This document shows, piece after piece, positions 35,522 to 37,315 of a stretch of DNA of 37,315 nucleotides; the first letter of the stretch is position 1, and each line of letters begins with the position of its first letter. The position numbers and the translations under genes were made by a program. The notes beneath the pieces were generated by a model. The model was not told where the DNA came from. It was given only the letters and a program-made list of their open reading frames with translations, and ran no database searches. The stretch is from assembly GCA_027295775.1 (NCBI GenBank), contig JAPUKG010000009.1:1-37315 (forward strand), written 5' to 3'. The DNA is from Pseudomonadota bacterium (GTDB lineage: Bacteria > Myxococcota_A > UBA9160 > UBA4427).

Positions 35522-36604
35522 CTAGCGCACCACGAGGATCGAGTTGCGCCCACCGCCGGAGACGGGCAGCGACTGGGCGTTGTCCGGATCCTCCCGCCAT
35601 TCCCCGTCGACGATGTAGCGGTACTGGTAGGTCCCGGGCGGCAGGTGGAGGATCTTCGTCCACACCCGCGTCTCTCCCTCCCGGTCGACGCGTGAGCGCA
35701 CCCCCTTGTCGGGCACCCAGCCGTTGAAGTCGCCCGCGATTCGGACGTCGCCGGCCCGGGCGTCTCGGAAGCGGACGACGACCTCACGCGCGGTGTCGAC
35801 CTCGGCCTGGCGATCCTCCAGTGCGATCGTCTGATCCGGCGGCGACGCCTCCACCTCGATGGCCACGGCGGCGTAGTCGAGAGCGCCGTTCGCCGACGGC
35901 GCGTAGAGGTTGATGGGCACGCCCCGCTTCGCGCACTCGCGGAGCTTCACGTTCTGGCGAATCACCGCGTCGAAGCAGAGGTCCTTGAAGAGCTCGCGCA
36001 TCTCGGCCAGCGTCTGGCGCGCGAAGCGGGTTCGCCCGTCGTAGAGCGTGGGCAGGATGCGCACCGACAGGTCGATTCCGATCCGGTCAGCGAGCAGGCC
36101 GATGGTCTCGAGGAGCTTCTGCACGCCGTCGATGGCGAAGTAGCTCGTCTCGAGGGGGATGATCACCTCGCGCACGGCGCGAAGGGCGTTGAACGTCAGC
36201 AGCCCTACGTTCGGCGGGCAGTCGACCAGCACGTAGTCGTAGCGGGGCGGGAGCTTCGCCAGGGCCGCCGCCAGGCGCTCGGTGCGCGAGTCTTGGCGCT
36301 CGCTGGCGAGCTTCTGCTCCAGGGCCGAGAGCACGATGCTGGACGGCGCCAGGTCGAGGTTGTCCCCCGCGTTCACGATCACCTCTTCCAGGTGGTTGGC
36401 GCCTCCCGGCTCGGCGAGCACTTCGTAGAGGTTCTCGTCGAGCTCGTCCGGGTCGATGCCCAGCGCCAGGCTCGCGTGGGCCTGCGGGTCGAGGTCGACG
36501 ATCAGCACCCGAAAACCGTCGGCGGCGAGCGCTCCGCCCAGGTTGACGGTGGTGGTCGTCTTCCCGCAGCCCCCCTTCTGGTTCACGATGGCGATGGTGC
36601 GCAT
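35522..36604 (-). CDS. ParA/Soj-family ATPase fused to a C-terminal AMPK-beta-type glycogen-binding domain (CBM48)
   Basis: NQKGGCGKTTT, DLDPQ, DCPP; C-terminal IAGDFNGW...LPPGTYQYRYIVDGEW..DPDN. Confidence 0.93.
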   Translation of the reverse strand: MRTIAIVNQKGGCGKTTTTVNLGGALAADGFRVLIVDLDPQAHASLALGIDPDELDENLYEVLAEPGGANHLEEVIVNAGDNLDLAPSSIVLSALEQKLASERQDSRTERLAAALAKLPPRYDYVLVDCPPNVGLLTFNALRAVREVIIPLETSYFAIDGVQKLLETIGLLADRIGIDLSVRILPTLYDGRTRFARQTLAEMRELFKDLCFDAVIRQNVKLRECAKRGVPINLYAPSANGALDYAAVAIEVEASPPDQTIALEDRQAEVDTAREVVVRFRDARAGDVRIAGDFNGWVPDKGVRSRVDREGETRVWTKILHLPPGTYQYRYIVDGEWREDPDNAQSLPVSGGGRNSILVVR

Positions 36605-36750
36605 AGCCCTGTCCCCCCCCAACGATCGACGCCTGATCCAGCGTCGATCGCTTGGTCCCTCGCGGGGTGCGCAGGCTGCGCCTCCATCTCAAACTACACC
36701 AGCCGACTCGAGTTCCGGAGCATGGCCGTCTCCGGACACCACTCCCTACC

Positions 36751-37224
36751 TCAGGCCGTGCGAATCCACTCCCGCTGTCGGCGAACCGGTCGTACCCCCC
36801 GAACAAACCGTTTCTCGGCCTCGCGCCTCCAGGCTTCGACTTCGCTCTGGAACTGCGCGACTTCGAAGACCCACTCCTGGCCCGAGACCGCTTCGAAAAC
36901 CGTACCCTCCCAGAATGCCAGGACCACGTCCCCCGTCGCCACGAGCACCAGCTCGGAGAGGGGGCGGTCCACGCCCGGGAGGAGCTTGCGCAGCGCCTGG
37001 ATGCTGCGGCGAATGCGCTGCACCGAGACGCCGGCGTCGATCAGGCGCTTGGCCGCCTTGAGCGCCACGAGATCGTCGAAGGTGAAGCGGTGATGACCGC
37101 CCGGGGTCTTCACCGTGGGCGCAATCAGGTCCGTCTGCGCCCAGTACTGGAGCTGGCGGCGGGAGATGCCCAGGATCTCGACCACATCCCGGGTTCGATA
37201 GAGCTCGTTCGCATCTGCGGGCAT
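36751..37224 (-). CDS. MerR-family HTH regulator (Rv1830-like architecture)
   Basis: GISRRQLQYWAQTDLI.P, RFTFDDLVALK..KRLIDAGVSVQRIR. Confidence 0.88.
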   Translation of the reverse strand: MPADANELYRTRDVVEILGISRRQLQYWAQTDLIAPTVKTPGGHHRFTFDDLVALKAAKRLIDAGVSVQRIRRSIQALRKLLPGVDRPLSELVLVATGDVVLAFWEGTVFEAVSGQEWVFEVAQFQSEVEAWRREAEKRFVRGVRPVRRQREWIRTA

Positions 37225-37315
37225 CCGCGTTCCGCCTGACGCGATCCCCTATACGCGGATCGCGCCGCGTGGCTCGACCCCAGTCACTCGACTGATCACA
37301 GCGGCTCGGTCCGAA

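Noticed and set aside
35522-36604. Chromosomal or plasmid parAB locus
   Set aside because: No parB, no parS noticed, no replication genes; carries an extra CBM48 domain

Overview
GC-rich bacterial chromosomal window, probably Myxococcota/deltaproteobacteria-like (inferred from gene content, not searched). Positions ~3.1-20.9 kb hold a nearly complete minus-strand dcw cluster (mraZ-rsmH-ftsL-ftsI-murE-murF-mraY-murD-ftsW-murG-murC-murB-ftsQ-ftsA-ftsZ, without ddl). It has a sigma70-like promoter overlaid by six 10-bp-periodic MraZ boxes. The left flank holds a deletion-scar-like junction, a quinone oxidoreductase, ndk, an unannotated 28-aa hydrophobic small ORF and an enoyl-CoA hydratase. The right flank holds an HDAC-family deacetylase, an atypical SDR plus acyltransferase pair, a PhaR-like protein, a hypothetical protein, a heterodimer-type ArsA/Get3 ATPase pair, a zinc-ribbon membrane protein, tatA, PMM/PGM, a DsbA-like protein, an EI24/CysZ-like protein, a hydrolase and an ECF sigma factor. 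The best candidate for an undescribed system is the last operon. It encodes a Soj/ParA ATPase fused to a C-terminal AMPK-beta-type glycogen-binding CBM48 domain, followed by a Walker-A-dead FlhG/MinD-like protein and a catalytically degenerate NucS-like protein. This may be a glycogen-granule positioning or sensing system. No rRNA, tRNA, CRISPR array or transposase was seen.
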